Source: Octopus vulgaris
Taxonomy: Eukaryota
Assembly: GCA_951406725.2 (NCBI GenBank)
Contig: OX597825.1
Coordinates: forward strand, 54,560,001-54,624,000
Reading direction: 5' to 3'
DNA length: 64,000 bases
The translations under genes and the position numbers were made by a program. The notes beneath the pieces are model-generated. The model was not told the origin of the DNA and did not search any database. It saw only the letters and a list, made by a program, of their open reading frames with translations. Shown piece by piece: positions 13,049 through 27,529 of the stretch (positions are counted from its first letter, which is position 1; the number at the start of each line of letters is the position of its first letter).

Positions 13049-16000
13049 GTGAGTGTGTGTGTAGTGTATGTGTATGTGAACGCGTGTGTATGTATATGTG
13101 TGTGTAGTTGAGCTGATTACTTTTTTTGTGATAATATGGAAAACGAATTTTTCCTAATTTCATTTGATTTGGTCGTTTTGTTTGTAACGTACCAGGTCAG
13201 AACTGATTGGTCAGATTTATAATCTCAGGTGCTCCATCCACGACCGTCTTGATCACGTTTATTCAATGTATCTTTCATTTTCCCAGAAAATACCGAGTGA
13301 TTTGAAGATTTGGCTGCTGTTGCTAGCAAATCGATTGATCACATTGAGGCTGCCTCATCATTGGCAAAAACGACTAATTAATGTTTACAACTACGGTGAG
13401 ATGTGAGCCCCAACGTTTTGATGAAAACCCTTCTTCGGAGATTCCTTTGTTCTCATCATTTAAGAACGAATGTTTGATCGCAATCAAAGAAAATATAAAT
13501 TTATAGAACTATCAGTATATAACACGATTTATTTGTAACATTGTTACTTTTGCTTTGTGTAAGCCAATCCTGATCGAGCCCGTCCCCCCCCCCCCAAAAA
13601 AAAATAACCTTCCATTTATAACGAACCTTTCTTATTTTCAAAACAGTTATTGAGGAAATGGATCTGTAAGTCGCACCTTGTTGTTTGGCAGACTAATCAG
13701 CGTGTGATATGATCAGGGCTAACCTGGGGCTAAGCAATAACAATTATCAATACTACTACACGCCGTACTGCTGCAATAAGGCTGATCTGGTTTTACAGAG
13801 GAAGAACTATAAACACATTCGGACTACTCGATTAGTGCTTGCCTGGGGCTTAACCAGAACAACAACAGTGACGTCTACTTTAATTTCTGGCGATCAGACA
13901 AGTTTAGGCTGAGCAGAAGACAATAAAGAACATGTAGGCGGGATCTAAACGTAAGCATAAATAAATAACAACCTAAGTTTAAAAAAAAGGTCAGCAGATA
14001 TACTAGTAATAGTGGGCAAATTTCCCTCAAGACACAAAGAAAAGGATGAACGACTCACTGAGTGATATTGTCCTACATAATTTATACAAAAATAAGAAGT
14101 GATAGTCATAGCTGGGTGGGCTTGATTATAGACCTGCTTCAACTGAGATGATCTAAGGAAATATCAACAATGACCTTAAAAAGAAATTACACAATACTAC
14201 TTTATCTTTTCGTGATAGACATTACAATTTTCTTTGCTTGCCAGCCAGCCATTCTGTAACTCCTACATCTCTAACCCAAACCTCTCTCTGTCTCTCTTTC
14301 GTCTTTATATATATATACATGCTCACATACACGCACTGTGTGTATGTGATTCTTTCTATCTGTCTTTCTCCCTTGTATGAATACGCATACAAGTTCACAC
14401 ACATGCACAAACATACATATATGTATGCATATATGCATATATACACATACATGTGTGTGTGTTTCTGTGTGTCTGTGTGTGTTTCTGTGTTTCTGTGTGT
14501 GTTTCTGTGTGTATGTGTCTTTGTGAGCGTCAGTGTGTATGTGAGTGAATATGTGAGTGTGTGTGTGTGGGGGGGTATAAATATGTATATATATTTACAT
14601 CTTCACATCACATTTTCTTACTTCTCCGCGCGCAAGCACACACGTCCGCTCATGCGCACTCGCGTACATACACACACACACACTTACAATCAGATACGCA
14701 CATACACAACACTCTTTTTCTTTGTCTCATTTTTCTTCCTTTCTTCCCCTCCTTTCATGTTAAACATCACATACCAATCTACCAACCAATAATGATAATT
14801 CTAAATCTATTTCTAGTGTTTATCTTAGAAATGGTATTCATGTGCTCGTGTGTGTGTGTATATATATGTGTGTGTGTGTCCTCGAGAGTGCGGGTGTATA
14901 TCTGCATGTGAATATATGTGCCCAAGTGTTTGTAGGTATGCATACGATTGATTATGAATGTATGCATGTATGTACTTAAGTATGCATGTGTGTATGCATG
15001 TATATATGTATGTATGCATACATTTTTCAGTTCGGAGATATGCAAATATTTTCAGCATATTTCTGCGAGATGCGTCATGTATCTCATCAAAATCATAGCT
15101 TTAGGAAATGATCATATGTGATATATTATGCTATATATAACAACCAATTTACCTTTTACCGGCATAAATATGTAAGAAGCAGTCGAGATTTGACGCTGAT
15201 GCTCTCCGTGTCATCTTTCAGAATGTTTCTTACGTTACAACACTTCACACGATTTACTTTGTTCTTTATAATCAACCGGTGTCAACTCACCGTACGTATT
15301 GCATGCAGAATTTTATGCAAAATATAATGCTTTATGTATGTGCGTGATACATTCACATATATACACATCTACGTATATATACGCACACACACATACACAC
15401 ATACATACACATACATATTTTTCATTTGTATACGTATATACATACATAAGCAGACATATACATGCTTAGATAAATGCATGCAAGGATACATACACACATG
15501 CTGCTCGCATCAATTCTGCTTTTCTTTGAAGGCAGTATTATACCGACTGTATTATCTGCTCATGCAACGGAACAGTTCATCTTCGCCATTCCGTTTTATT
15601 ACTCCAAAAGATGTAGAAATACAATAAAATAAACGAGCAAATAAATAAATAAATAGATGAATACATAACTAAATGAATCAAAGTACAAAATTATCGTCAT
15701 TCATTTCCTTGAAAAATGGCGATAAATTTCATCATTTTCGAACGAAGAAGTTTCAAGAAAGAAAACAGCATGCATAAACTGGAGTTTCGTCGTTATGTCG
15801 CATAAAAGCGGAATTGCAAATATTCGAAGATTCTCTGTTGAAAAGCGAATATATCAATGTTTATAATAAGTATGATGTATACTGAAACGAGGTTTAATAT
15901 CGGCACCTATTTCACTTCTAACTCCTTTTTACACCAATAGTTACATTGGACGGAGATACTGCATATGTAATATCATAGCTACGTAATTTTGTCAATATAT

Positions 16001-16189
16001 TACAGCTTTACGAGAAGTACATTTCATTTCGGAGGAATATTTTCGTTTCTATCTGATATTTGTTTGTGATGTGTTGTTGCCTTATCATTTGATGTAACCA
16101 CATATGAAATTTGGTGATAGATATAAAAATATATGGGATGTAACCATACAAGAATTATATACACACTCATAGATAAATAGATAGATAGT

Positions 16190-16289
<100 letters not shown>

Positions 16290-16330
16290 CAGACAGATAG
16301 ACAAATAGACAGACAGACAGACAGACAGAC

Positions 16331-16405
<75 letters not shown>

Positions 16406-16679
16406 AATGCATATATGGAAATACCGTCACTACTTTGGAGATTTGTGGGCGTTGACCTGATTTATATACATACGTATGCATACACAAAAACACTCACACG
16501 CACACACATAAATATATATAATTATATAACTCTGAGGTGTAAAGCCTATATGAATATTAAGATATATAAAAAGCTTCGAGGGATATAAACATATAAAATA
16601 AAAATGGATATAAAGATTCATGGGATATAACTATATATATACATATATATATATCATGTGGGCATGCAATGTATATATA

Positions 16680-16723
<44 letters not shown>

Positions 16724-17559
16724 TGTACGAAGACATGTTTATATGTTTGTGTGTCTGTGTGTTTGTATCCATACATACCAATATACATTGTATACATATA
16801 TGCATAAAGATTTGTGTGATATAACCATGCATGAATGTATAGGAAGATATAAGGTTCCATGTGAGTATAAATGTATAAAAATTGTAGATTACAAGTATAT
16901 ACATTATATAAAACAGGTATGAAAATCCTCAGTGATTTGGTGAATGAAAATCCGTTTGTGTAGCAAATTTATTTGGCTGAGAGTTTTGTGAGCCCTCACT
17001 TACAGTGGTTGTATGTAGAAGGATTTTTACTTTTTATGTTTAACTCTGCGATGTCTATGGGCTGTTAGAGCTACAGGAAATTCATGCGGGTAATTAACAA
17101 ACGTTATTTCGAGGAACACGTTACTAACGAATCCCAAATACAAATTTTGCTGACATGGCTCTGATAATAAATCTAATATTTATTTTTATTTGTAGTAAAG
17201 AAACTTTACAAGAACGAATTAGCAAACTGTGAGGTTTTAGAATTGCTTATAAAAGAAACAGGCATGAAATTCATCAGTATAGAAGGGTGGAGAATAAAAT
17301 CGAATGGTTAACAGGAGTCAAATAACATGCCTCGCAGAAATCGCATTAATCTTACTGGTAAGAATAACTACCCTCTCATAAGTATTCTCCATCCATCTTG
17401 CGTATGTCCACTTTACTCTGGCCATACTCACCACTCTCAGTCACTACCTATCGGTCAACTTAATACTGGGCTACATCTTCCTCTTCACCCTGATTCTAGT
17501 TTCCAAATAGGGGATCAGGACATAGATCCGAGTAATAAGTGCCTCTTTTCACACTAATT

Positions 17560-17800
17560 GGGGAGGCGCATAGCTTAGTAGTTAGGGTGTTGGACTCATG
17601 ATCGTAAGCTTGTGGTTTTCGTTCCTGGTCCAGCCGATGTGTTGTTTTCTTCAGCAAATCACTCTATTTCACGTTGCTTCACTCCACTCAGCTGGCAAAC
17701 TGAGTCTACCTGCGACGGACCGCCGTCCTGTCCAGTGGGATGAGATAAAATCCAGAAAACAGTCCCTTTGAGTCTATATGACTCGAAAGGGAGCTTTTCC
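17560..17800 (+). mobile_element. SINE family C variant
   Basis: GGAGGCGCATAGCTTAGTAGTTAGG head; CCTGCGACGGACC tail segment shared with the 12092-12390 copy. Confidence 0.7.
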
Positions 17801-17884
17801 CCTTTCTCACACTAATCCACCATGAAATATTTTCAGCTATAACCACCGAATAACACCCACAGTAAACCTTCCATAATGATAATA

Positions 17885-18380
17885 ATTTCCTTTATTAACT
17901 ACAGGGACATAGATGGGGGGGGGAAGATCTTAAGAACAAGCAACAATTTGTGTGCGGATTTACATAAAGAATGGGGAGAGAGAAATGGAAAAGACAGTGG
18001 AATGTGATAAAACTATACATGGTATACAATATATGTGATAACATGAATCAGGCAGTCCTCCTGTTACAGGAATAACTCTAACTAGTGCTAATCAAGCAAC
18101 CTCATAAATTCAGGACTGCCTTGATTACCAAAGGTACGAGCCCTTTCTCTTTCTCTCCAATCCACGGGCGTATTCTTATAGTAGCACCACTCACTCTAAC
18201 CATTTCTGTACATTCACCCATCTTTTCACAAATTCACTGGAAGGTAGCATTCCCTCTCCACCCTAGCTTTTCTTTCCAAGTTGAACTTGAAGAAGTCGAT
18301 GAGGGCTTAACCGAAGAGGAAGGTGTATCTCCTCAATCCTTTCAGCGTCATCCGTCACACAACCACTTCCGGCCACGATC
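17885..18380 (-). mobile_element. Tx1/L1-like LINE 3' end fragment (decayed)
   Basis: Minus strand encodes ...LIDFFKFNLERK...EFVKRWVNV-like C-terminus, similar to the 24.1 kb and 47.9 kb fragments; ends AATAAAGGAAA(TTA)n. Confidence 0.55.
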
Positions 18381-18823
18381 CTTTAAATAGACAGACAGAC
18401 AAACCACACGCAAACACACACACCAATACACACACGCGCACACACACACACACACGCACACACACACACACACACACACATACACACTCACATCCATACA
18501 TCCATACATATATTTATTACTTACATATACAGACCTGGTTTGATAATTGCCAACACACGAAACTCTCTTCCCTAGCACCACTCCATTGTTTCTGCTACAT
18601 ATATATATTCCATTACTCGTTCCACTGCTTTGAAGGGTTTTAGCCAAACAAATAGACCCCAGGACTTATTTGTAAAACCTACTATTTATTCTATCGGTCT
18701 CTTTGGCCGAAGCGTTAGGTTATGGGGACGTAAGCACACCAACACCGGTTGTCAAGTAGTGACAGGGGGACAAACACAAACACAGATACTTACATACGTG
18801 TGTGTGTGTGTGTGTGTGAGTGT

Positions 18824-19648
18824 ACAGGGTGCGGTAAATATATTGTCGTCTAGATTACGCAAAAATGAAAATAACTGACATCTCATTTTAACAGATATAT
18901 CAACCAAAATTACATGAAAATATCTTGAACTACTAATGACTAAATATATTCAATAAAATCGCAGTTGGCTTCAAGCACGGTCTCTAGGCGACTTTGGAAT
19001 CTCTCGCAAATTTTCTGGACGATCACCTTGTGTAAGTTGGCGAATGCTGCTATAATCCTTACATTCAGGTCATCTTTGGTGTTACAAGGAGTTTCTTTGG
19101 ACTCCCGCTCAACTACGTCCCACATATAATAATCAAGGTGTTTGCTGTCTGAGGAGTTAAGTGGCCAGATATTATGGGCGATATGGTCGAAGAAATTGAC
19201 TGACAGCCATAACTGGGTTCTCCTGCCTGTGTGACATAGTGCGGAGTCCTGTTGCCAGACATAGGGTCTTCCAGCAGCCACTCTCCTGACATAGGGCTCA
19301 ACTAGTTCCTCCAGGCACTTGATGTAGACCTCTGTTTTGAGTCTGAGGCCGAGTGAAAAGATGAATGGAGGCATAACGTCGCCATCACTAGTGATCAAAC
19401 AATGATGTTGACAGGATGCTTGATTTTTATCATTCTCGGTATATGTCCTCAGATTGACACCCAGACGCTCTGAAATGTTCGTATTGGAGCTTCCAGCACG
19501 GATGTTAATTGCGTAATGGGGATGTTTTTCTCACAGACAGTGCCCAACTGATCCTACTATACTATGTAGTCCACAAAATTAAAAAAACAAACAATACATA
19601 TGGGCGAAATTAAAATTGTAAGATGGCGACAATTTACCCATCACACAC
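18824..19648 (-). mobile_element. Tc1/mariner superfamily, maT (DD37D)-like, internally deleted
   Basis: ORF 18940-19398 has WQQDSALCH and WPLNSSDSKHLDYYMW. Imperfect TIRs start TA|CAGGGTG and end ...CACAC(TA)TA. Confidence 0.82.
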
Positions 19649-20352
19649 TATATATATGTATATATATATATATGTGTGTGTGTGTCGACGCTATAGTTGT
19701 AGACACTTCTCAAAGTCGCTATGCAGTGGCACTGAACCCGGAACCGTGTGGTTATGAGGCAAGCTTCTTATCACGCAGCTACGGCTACATACATATATAT
19801 ATATATATATACGTGTGTGTGTATGCGTGTGTGTGCGTGTGTGTGTATGTATGTTTATATACAGATATATGTGTGTGTGTGTGTGTATATATGTATGTAT
19901 ATATATAAATATATATATATATATATGTATGCATGTATGTGTGTATATATATATATATGTATATATATATATGTATGTATGTATGTATGTATATATACAT
20001 ATATAATTCGTGTCTACGTTGTATTTATTGCTTACATCTTGTTAGTACAGGGGGCTATAGGGTGAGGGGAGGTGAACGTGCCTTTTTCTATGCTTATCCT
20101 CGTTTCTATACATTCAATACAAGTTGTTTTTACAGTTTTCTTTTTAATTTTTATTTTACCCTTGAAAGAATTATATTGATGTCTTCAGGCATCGGATTAT
20201 TTTTGGTCGATTCTTCCTCTTTTTTTTCCTCCTGGTTAAAGCTTTACAAATAGCTTTTCATTAGAAGAACAGCAATAAATATAGAAAGAAATAAGTACAA
20301 GTTTTATTTTATGTTACACTTAAAGAATATTTATATGTAGTAGTAGTAGTAA

Positions 20353-20460
<108 letters not shown>

Positions 20461-20924
20461 CTACAACAATAATAATGGTAAATAACCCAGGAGTATGTCC
20501 TGCCTAATCTGATTAAAATTCTCTCCTGACTTTTGTACAATGGCTCAAAGTACTGGTTTCCTTTCTAATAAATGAATAATATTTGCAAAGCAATGAAAGC
20601 AAGTGGTACGTGGTGATGTTCATACTTTATTTTAACGAATTATATTATATGAAGTAAATAGACATGACGGCAGCATCCGGATATTGTTTGTCCCCCTTGG
20701 TATTTGTTATATATAATGTCTTGTTTGTTTGGTCTTGTAAAGTCGGTGTATAGACAACTTTGGAGACGGAGAGTTTCAAAGCATGAACTTGTGGTATTTA
20801 TGCCTTAAACAAGAGAGTCTGAAATTACATTGCATATAGGAAAGTCTTAAGTTGGGAAGGAAACTGAGTCACAGGCTTCACAAAATTATATTACAATGAC
20901 TAGAATAGCTTTCAGGTTTTGACA

Positions 20925-21117
20925 CAAGGTCAGCAATATCGAGGAGAGGTAGGTCAATTAGATCGACCCTGGTGCTCAATTGGTACTTAATTTATCAACC
21001 TCCAAATTATGAAAGCAAGGTCGACCACGGTAGAATTTGACCTCAGAAGATAAAGACGGACGAAATGCCGCTAAATATTTTGTCCAGTATGTTAACGATT
21101 CTGCCAGCTCACCGCCT
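20925..21117 (-). mobile_element. SINE family A copy
   Basis: Core motif and head recognisable. Further decayed copies at ~22925-23125, 26795-26875 and 47545-47727. Confidence 0.72.
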
Positions 21118-21894
21118 TGCTAAAACCAGAATAGCCCAAAGTTTATATTATATACATTTGTGCGTTGGTTCTTATAGCACTGAATGCAGTTACTCAGCCT
21201 CAAAAACAAATAAATATCCCTCAAAACAAACCCCAAAAGAATATATTGCATAATTCATAATGGATGTAATAATCCTGAAAAAACAAGATGGTCATGCCGT
21301 CGACCAGAGACCTACTCGACCAGTGCTGACCTTTGGTTAAATACCTAGATATTAATGAAGCAATGATGATGCTTATATGGCATTACAAAACCTGCTAGAT
21401 GTAGTGGCCGAATATCTCTCAAGACACTATCCACCCACTCATCGCCTTAAAATAGGGACAGACATATTGGATATAACAGCCTTAGAAGCTGTCACGTTTG
21501 GAAAGCATTTAATTATAAGCGTACGGGTTTACAGCTGATATAAAGCTATACAACAGCGAAGATGGAAATTATCATACTGATTCTTTGTAATCAATCAGTG
21601 TTTACGTTATTAACCATCTGTTTATTGGGATCTGTAAAACATATATCTGTTGATGATGCTTTCTTTGTTTAACCCCAAGTAATCTCAGATTAGGAAGAGC
21701 TTCCTTTGAAGTAGTTTTATTTCATTTTTTGTTTCATTTTATTATTTTCTTTTCAAGCCGTAACACACCCTTTGTACATTGTTTCAATATACTTCTTTAT
21801 ATTTTTGTCTAACATGTCACGCGGGAGAGTTACCTGTTATTACTCGCATGCCAAGAGGCTATATAAATTCTTCCACATTGAAACGCATAAACAG

Positions 21895-21933
<39 letters not shown>

Positions 21934-22333
21934 TCGATATAATCATATCGATATAATCGATATAATTTCCTGAGATTAATACGATAGATAAGATCTATTC
22001 ATTGAATTTGATTGAAATCCATATTTATTCATCCATATATGATAGATTTCATGCCGAACCCAAAATAAGTCAATATTAATCCTGAAGATGATAGTTATGT
22101 GGTAGGATCTGCTGAGCGTTGGCATATTTATATGCCTATGTATTTATATACAAGTGTATATACATATATATATACACCCACTCACATATAAGCCATATAA
22201 GCATATATATTGATGTACCCGTAAATCTCTATACGTATATACCCATATATCTATAAATTATATTATATATTTATATACCCATAAATCTCTATACGTATAT
22301 ACCCATATATCTATAAATTCATGTATCAATATA

Positions 22334-22411
<78 letters not shown>

Positions 22412-22412
22412 C

Positions 22413-22480
<68 letters not shown>

Positions 22481-22518
22481 GTGTCTATGTATGCACAAGC
22501 TTTAATAGATAGATAGAC

Positions 22519-22551
<33 letters not shown>

Positions 22552-22783
22552 CATACATACATACATACATACATACATACATACATACATACACCAATTC
22601 AGCGATACAAGTATTATGAAAATATATTTAGAGATTATATATACACGTGTTTATGGATTTACAGATATTGATGTATTTCTGTGTAAGCTTGTGTGTACAT
22701 CTGACCATGCTTTTGTCTCTGTGTGAATGTTCAACACTGCATATCTTTAACTATATACGTGCATCATCACGCAAGGAACGGCA

Positions 22784-22918
22784 AGAAGAAGAAGAAGAAG
22801 AAGAAGAAGAAGAAGAAGAAGAAGAAGAAGAAGAAGAAGAAGAAGAAGAAGAAGAAGAAGAAGAAGAAGAAGAAGAAGAAGAAGAAGAAGAAGAAGCAGC
22901 AGCAGCAGCAGCAGCAGC
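22784..22918. repeat. (GAA)n-(GCA)n compound microsatellite
   Basis: Seen directly. Confidence 0.97.
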
Positions 22919-23199
22919 TTTTTACTAAAAGAACAAGATCTGAAATTTGGGCGGAAGGTGCTAGCTGATTATATCGAACCGAGAGCTCAAACAGTATTTA
23001 TTTTATCGAGCCCAAACGAAGGAAGGTGAAGTTGACCTCGGTGTAATTTGAACTGAAAACATGAGGCCAAATGAAATGCCGCTGAACATTTTATCCCGAG
23101 CAGTTACGTTTCCGTATGCGCATCGACGAAATAATAATTAATTAATTAAATAATTAATTAATAATAATAATAACAACAACAACAACAACAATAATAATG

Positions 23200-23268
<69 letters not shown>

Positions 23269-23431
23269 TAATCAATATCATACTTTGATAGCAGTACCAA
23301 TAACAATTATGAAAATAATTGCCCGAAAAATAAGAGGCGTTACCTTAGTTCACTGGTAGTGAACAGTGATACCGTAGTACATCTCCAGCATTAGAAGCTG
23401 TTGAAAGGCAATAATAATAATAATAATAATA

Positions 23432-23532
<101 letters not shown>

Positions 23533-23563
23533 AATAATAATAATAATAGCAATAACAATAATA

Positions 23564-24097
23564 AATACCCTGATCAAGTACCAGGCTGTGGCTCTGATCT
23601 TAACTGGTTGGAAGAGTTATCATATACATTATTTTGCCTTGGTATAAAAGATGGGCTACAGCAAATATTCTGCTCAATACCATAGATTTGCTTGTCAGTT
23701 GCTTGACTAGTTGAGCATGTCTCTTAGTGGCTCGCGATATGTGCATCTCTGATCTCGAGCAGAAGTAGTGGGGGAGTATCATAGGCATGTGTTGAGAGGA
23801 ATTATTTGGGGTTTGTGTAATTCACCTCTGGAAACATGGGTGTTTCGTTCAACATCTTTGAACAGCCCTTGTTCCGGGACCTTTTAACTGAGAGGGGCTA
23901 CTAGACCTGAAGAAAATTCTAACTGAGCCCCACCTGCAAGGTTATGCGTTGTTTACCTTGATAAGAGATCACCATTTCGCGCACATATGGCTGTGATGCA
24001 TGTGCCCATATCAGACGGGTAGTCATGATGGGTATATTGGGCTTCGTATATTTTACCTTAGTGTCACTTTCGTGGCATGCACTGCTCTCTCATTCAA
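23564..24097 (+). mobile_element. ~560-bp ORF-less (AAT)n-embedded interspersed repeat, copy 1
   Basis: Starts AATACCCTGAT, ends CTCTCTCA(C/T)TC(AAT)n; clearly homologous to 24775-25334, 49162-49719, 62673-63107 and 63257-63729. Confidence 0.85.
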
Positions 24098-24102
24098 TAA
24101 TA

Positions 24103-24770
24103 ATTTCATTTATTTTCCACCAGGGCGAATGATGAGGGGACTATACAAAGACAGACATAAATTGTAAGGGTTTACTTATAATAATGAAGTGATAAAAAAG
24201 GAAAGAAAGAAAGGAGACACTAAAAAGAAGGGACATATACATAGTATACAAAGGTTTAAAAAAGTGGTGGGGTAGACTGATAGAGATGTGGCCCTCCTGA
24301 TACAGGAGGGCCTCAAGGGAAAATCGAGAAACCCCACTGTCCGAGATTTCTCTAAACCTCCAGGAGCAAGTGCCCTCACCATTTCCTTCTCTACGACTCA
24401 CAGGACTACACTGAAAGAGGTACCGTCCGCTCATGCCATTTTCGCAACTTTCAACTACCTTTCATTAAACTCACTCGGGGACAGCACTTCCCTTTCCACT
24501 CTCAATTTCTTTTTCAAGGGAAACTTGATAAAGTCAATGAGTGCTCTACCAAAGAGGAATGTGTCTGTCCTCATGCTTTTCAACTTTGTCCACCAAACAA
24601 CCTCTTTCACCACAGCCACCGGGCAAAGGAAAACTGCCTTGACTTCCCCGCCACTAATCCTCTATAAATTTCTAAAGCGGAACATTCACAGATCACATTG
24701 CCCGACTGGTAGAGGTCTGGGAGCGCCTACCAATAATTTCCCGACTGGTAGAGGGCTGTGAGCGCCTACC
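24103..24770 (-). mobile_element. Tx1/L1-like LINE 3' end, internally deleted
   Basis: Minus strand: AVFLCPVAVVKEVVWWTKLK...KKKLRVEREVLSPSEFNER plus 3'UTR; homologous to 47872-48410; ~39-bp tandem duplication at 24698-24778. Confidence 0.7.
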
Positions 24771-24774
24771 AATA

Positions 24775-25443
<669 letters not shown>

Positions 25444-25461
25444 CTTTCTTTTGCTTTGCAG

Positions 25462-25568
25462 TGCTGTGCATCACGCCGGAATTCGACTCGTATGAGGCGA
25501 ATGTTACCTCAACGAATGGAACAACGGCTGTCTTACCCTGCACCATCAACCACCTCAGTTCCCATCAG
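25462..25568 (+). CDS. Internal exon of a host Ig-superfamily cell-adhesion gene (Dpr/DIP/lachesin/IgLON-like), N-terminal half of the first Ig domain
   Basis: TTTTGCTTTGCAG acceptor and CAG|GTAAG donor; 107 bp, phase 1 to phase 0. Translation xLCITPEFDSYEANVTSTNGTTAVLPCTINHLSSHQ matches the P-x-F...NVT...G..A.LPC.(V/I)..L pattern that precedes VxW. Confidence 0.82.
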
Positions 25569-27004
25569 GTAAGAAGATATTTATAATTTATTTATAAGGG
25601 GAACCAATACAGGTTTCTGTCGCCGTCTATAGTATTTCACCTCCGAAACCTTGTTAATCATAATGCATTTACTAACTGCTTAATGGCACAACCATTTTAG
25701 TTATTTCACAAATACACGACCACCGCTGCTGAATGATTTTTGTCTGGTGGGGATAAGCTTACTTGCTTTTTCAACATTGCACGTTTATAAAAGTTGCTAT
25801 CTCGAAGGGAATACTGGTGGTACGTAGGCTTTCAACGAAGTATTTGATCTTTTACGATATAAAAAAATCTGTTTTACTCAAAATGTGACAGAGAACGAAT
25901 TTTTATTCAGCCTGCCGGCTAATTGCTACGTCAGTGAATTTTCAATCATTATTTTATAATATCAGTGACGGCTGATTTTATCTTAGCATGCGGTTATTAG
26001 TGAAACAATTGCTACTGACGAAGCTCAAAGAGATAGAAATGTATATTTATCAAGGCCACTACCGCTGCTGGGCGATTTCTTAGTATATTAACATTATATA
26101 TATTTCCTAGCTTTTTAACACTGTATGTCTACAAGTGATGCTATCTTGTGACGAATATCGCAGTTAGGTAGGCTTTCATATCTGCTTTAGTGTGATATAC
26201 AAGTTGCTAGTTTAACCTAATATTTCAGTCGTACATAATAACTTTCGTATTTAATAGACAATAAAATTCTTTTTACTCTTCCAAAATATAATATGTCTCT
26301 ATAAATTTATGTCACTTCAGCGACTACTTCACGTGTAATTACGTATGGAGTTGATAAAATAGCACCAATTATTTACAGGGGTGAAAATAAAATCGATTGT
26401 ATAAACTTTTCTAAGAAATTTGTAATGAATTAGTCATTATTCAACAGTGTTTACAATGATGTTAAATTCTATTGATCAATATAGAAGACTATAAAGTATC
26501 ACTGTTAAATGCTATTGACAAATGAAAACACTGTTAAGCTCTGTGACCTACTGTCTAGTGTTGTTGTACACTGCTTACCACAACCCAACACTGTTCAATT
26601 ATGAACATTGTTGACTGAATTTTTTGAACTTTGATGAATAGTTATGAAGACTGTTAAAATCTTTTGAGCAACGTTGAACCATGCATAATATTGTAGAACA
26701 TCTGAGGAGACCGCAGAACAACAATTTGGAAAATGGCAACCAATTTAGAAGAATATAGAATAATAGATAGTACAATACGTCATTATAGAATATTCTTTTC
26801 TACTCTAGGTACAAGGCCCGAAGTTTTGGGGGAGGGAACCAGTCGATTAGATCGACCCCAATACGCAACTGGTACTAACCACAAAGGGGGATGTTACTGA
26901 AGCTTTTAGCCCCAGGAGATCATCGTTTCCAGCTGGCTTTAGGCACACTATCTGTGCACTTATGGTATTTGCAAAAGGAGGTCATCCCTTTCTCGTTAGC
27001 CTAA

Positions 27005-27063
27005 GTGATACGCACGGACCGCAGTTTCGAGGTAGTTGTCTCTTGTCAACGGGCGGAGGTCAC
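27005..27063 (-). ncRNA. Second copy of the U3-A8 hammerhead (in the inverted arm)
   Basis: Minus strand: CGCCCG UUGACAA GAG-ACAACUAC-CUC GAAA CUGCGGUC CGUGCG. Confidence 0.65.
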
Positions 27064-27470
27064 CGGTTTACGATGAAAAGGAAGACCTTGTATGCAAATA
27101 CTTAAGTGTTTTTCTAGTAACTTCCGTCACTGATTTTGAAAAACTGTCTGCAAGCAATAATAAATCTCTGAACGAGATGTAAACAGTAACCGCTGACCTC
27201 CCTTTGCAAATACCATAAGGGTACAGATAGTGTGCCTAAAGCCAGCTGGAGACAATAATCTCCTGGGGCTAAAAGCTTCAGTAACACCCACCCTTTGTGG
27301 TTAACCATATTGAGATGGCTATTATACTTTACATTGTCGAGCGGTTACTGATTACATCTCGTTCAGAGATTTATTATTGCTTGCAGACAGTTTTTCGAAA
27401 TCAGTGACGAAAGTTACTAGAAAAACACTTAAGTATTTGCATACAAGGTCTTCCTTTTCATCGTAAACCG

Positions 27471-27529
27471 GTGATTACCGCCCGTTGACAAGAGGCAACT
27501 ACCTCGAAACTGCGGTCCGTGCGTATCAC
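27471..27529 (+). ncRNA. Type I hammerhead ribozyme, U3-A8 core variant
   Basis: GUGAU-UAC-CGCCCG [UUGACAA] GAGG-CAACUA-CCUC [GAAA] CU-GC-GG-UC | CGUGCG-U-AUCAC; predicted cleavage after GUC (27517). Confidence 0.72.

Noticed and set aside
26030-26045. CTGACGAAGCTCAAAGAGATAGAAA hammerhead-like string (~26016-26040)
   Set aside because: Stem II is poor and there are no closing stems I/III; likely chance or too decayed.
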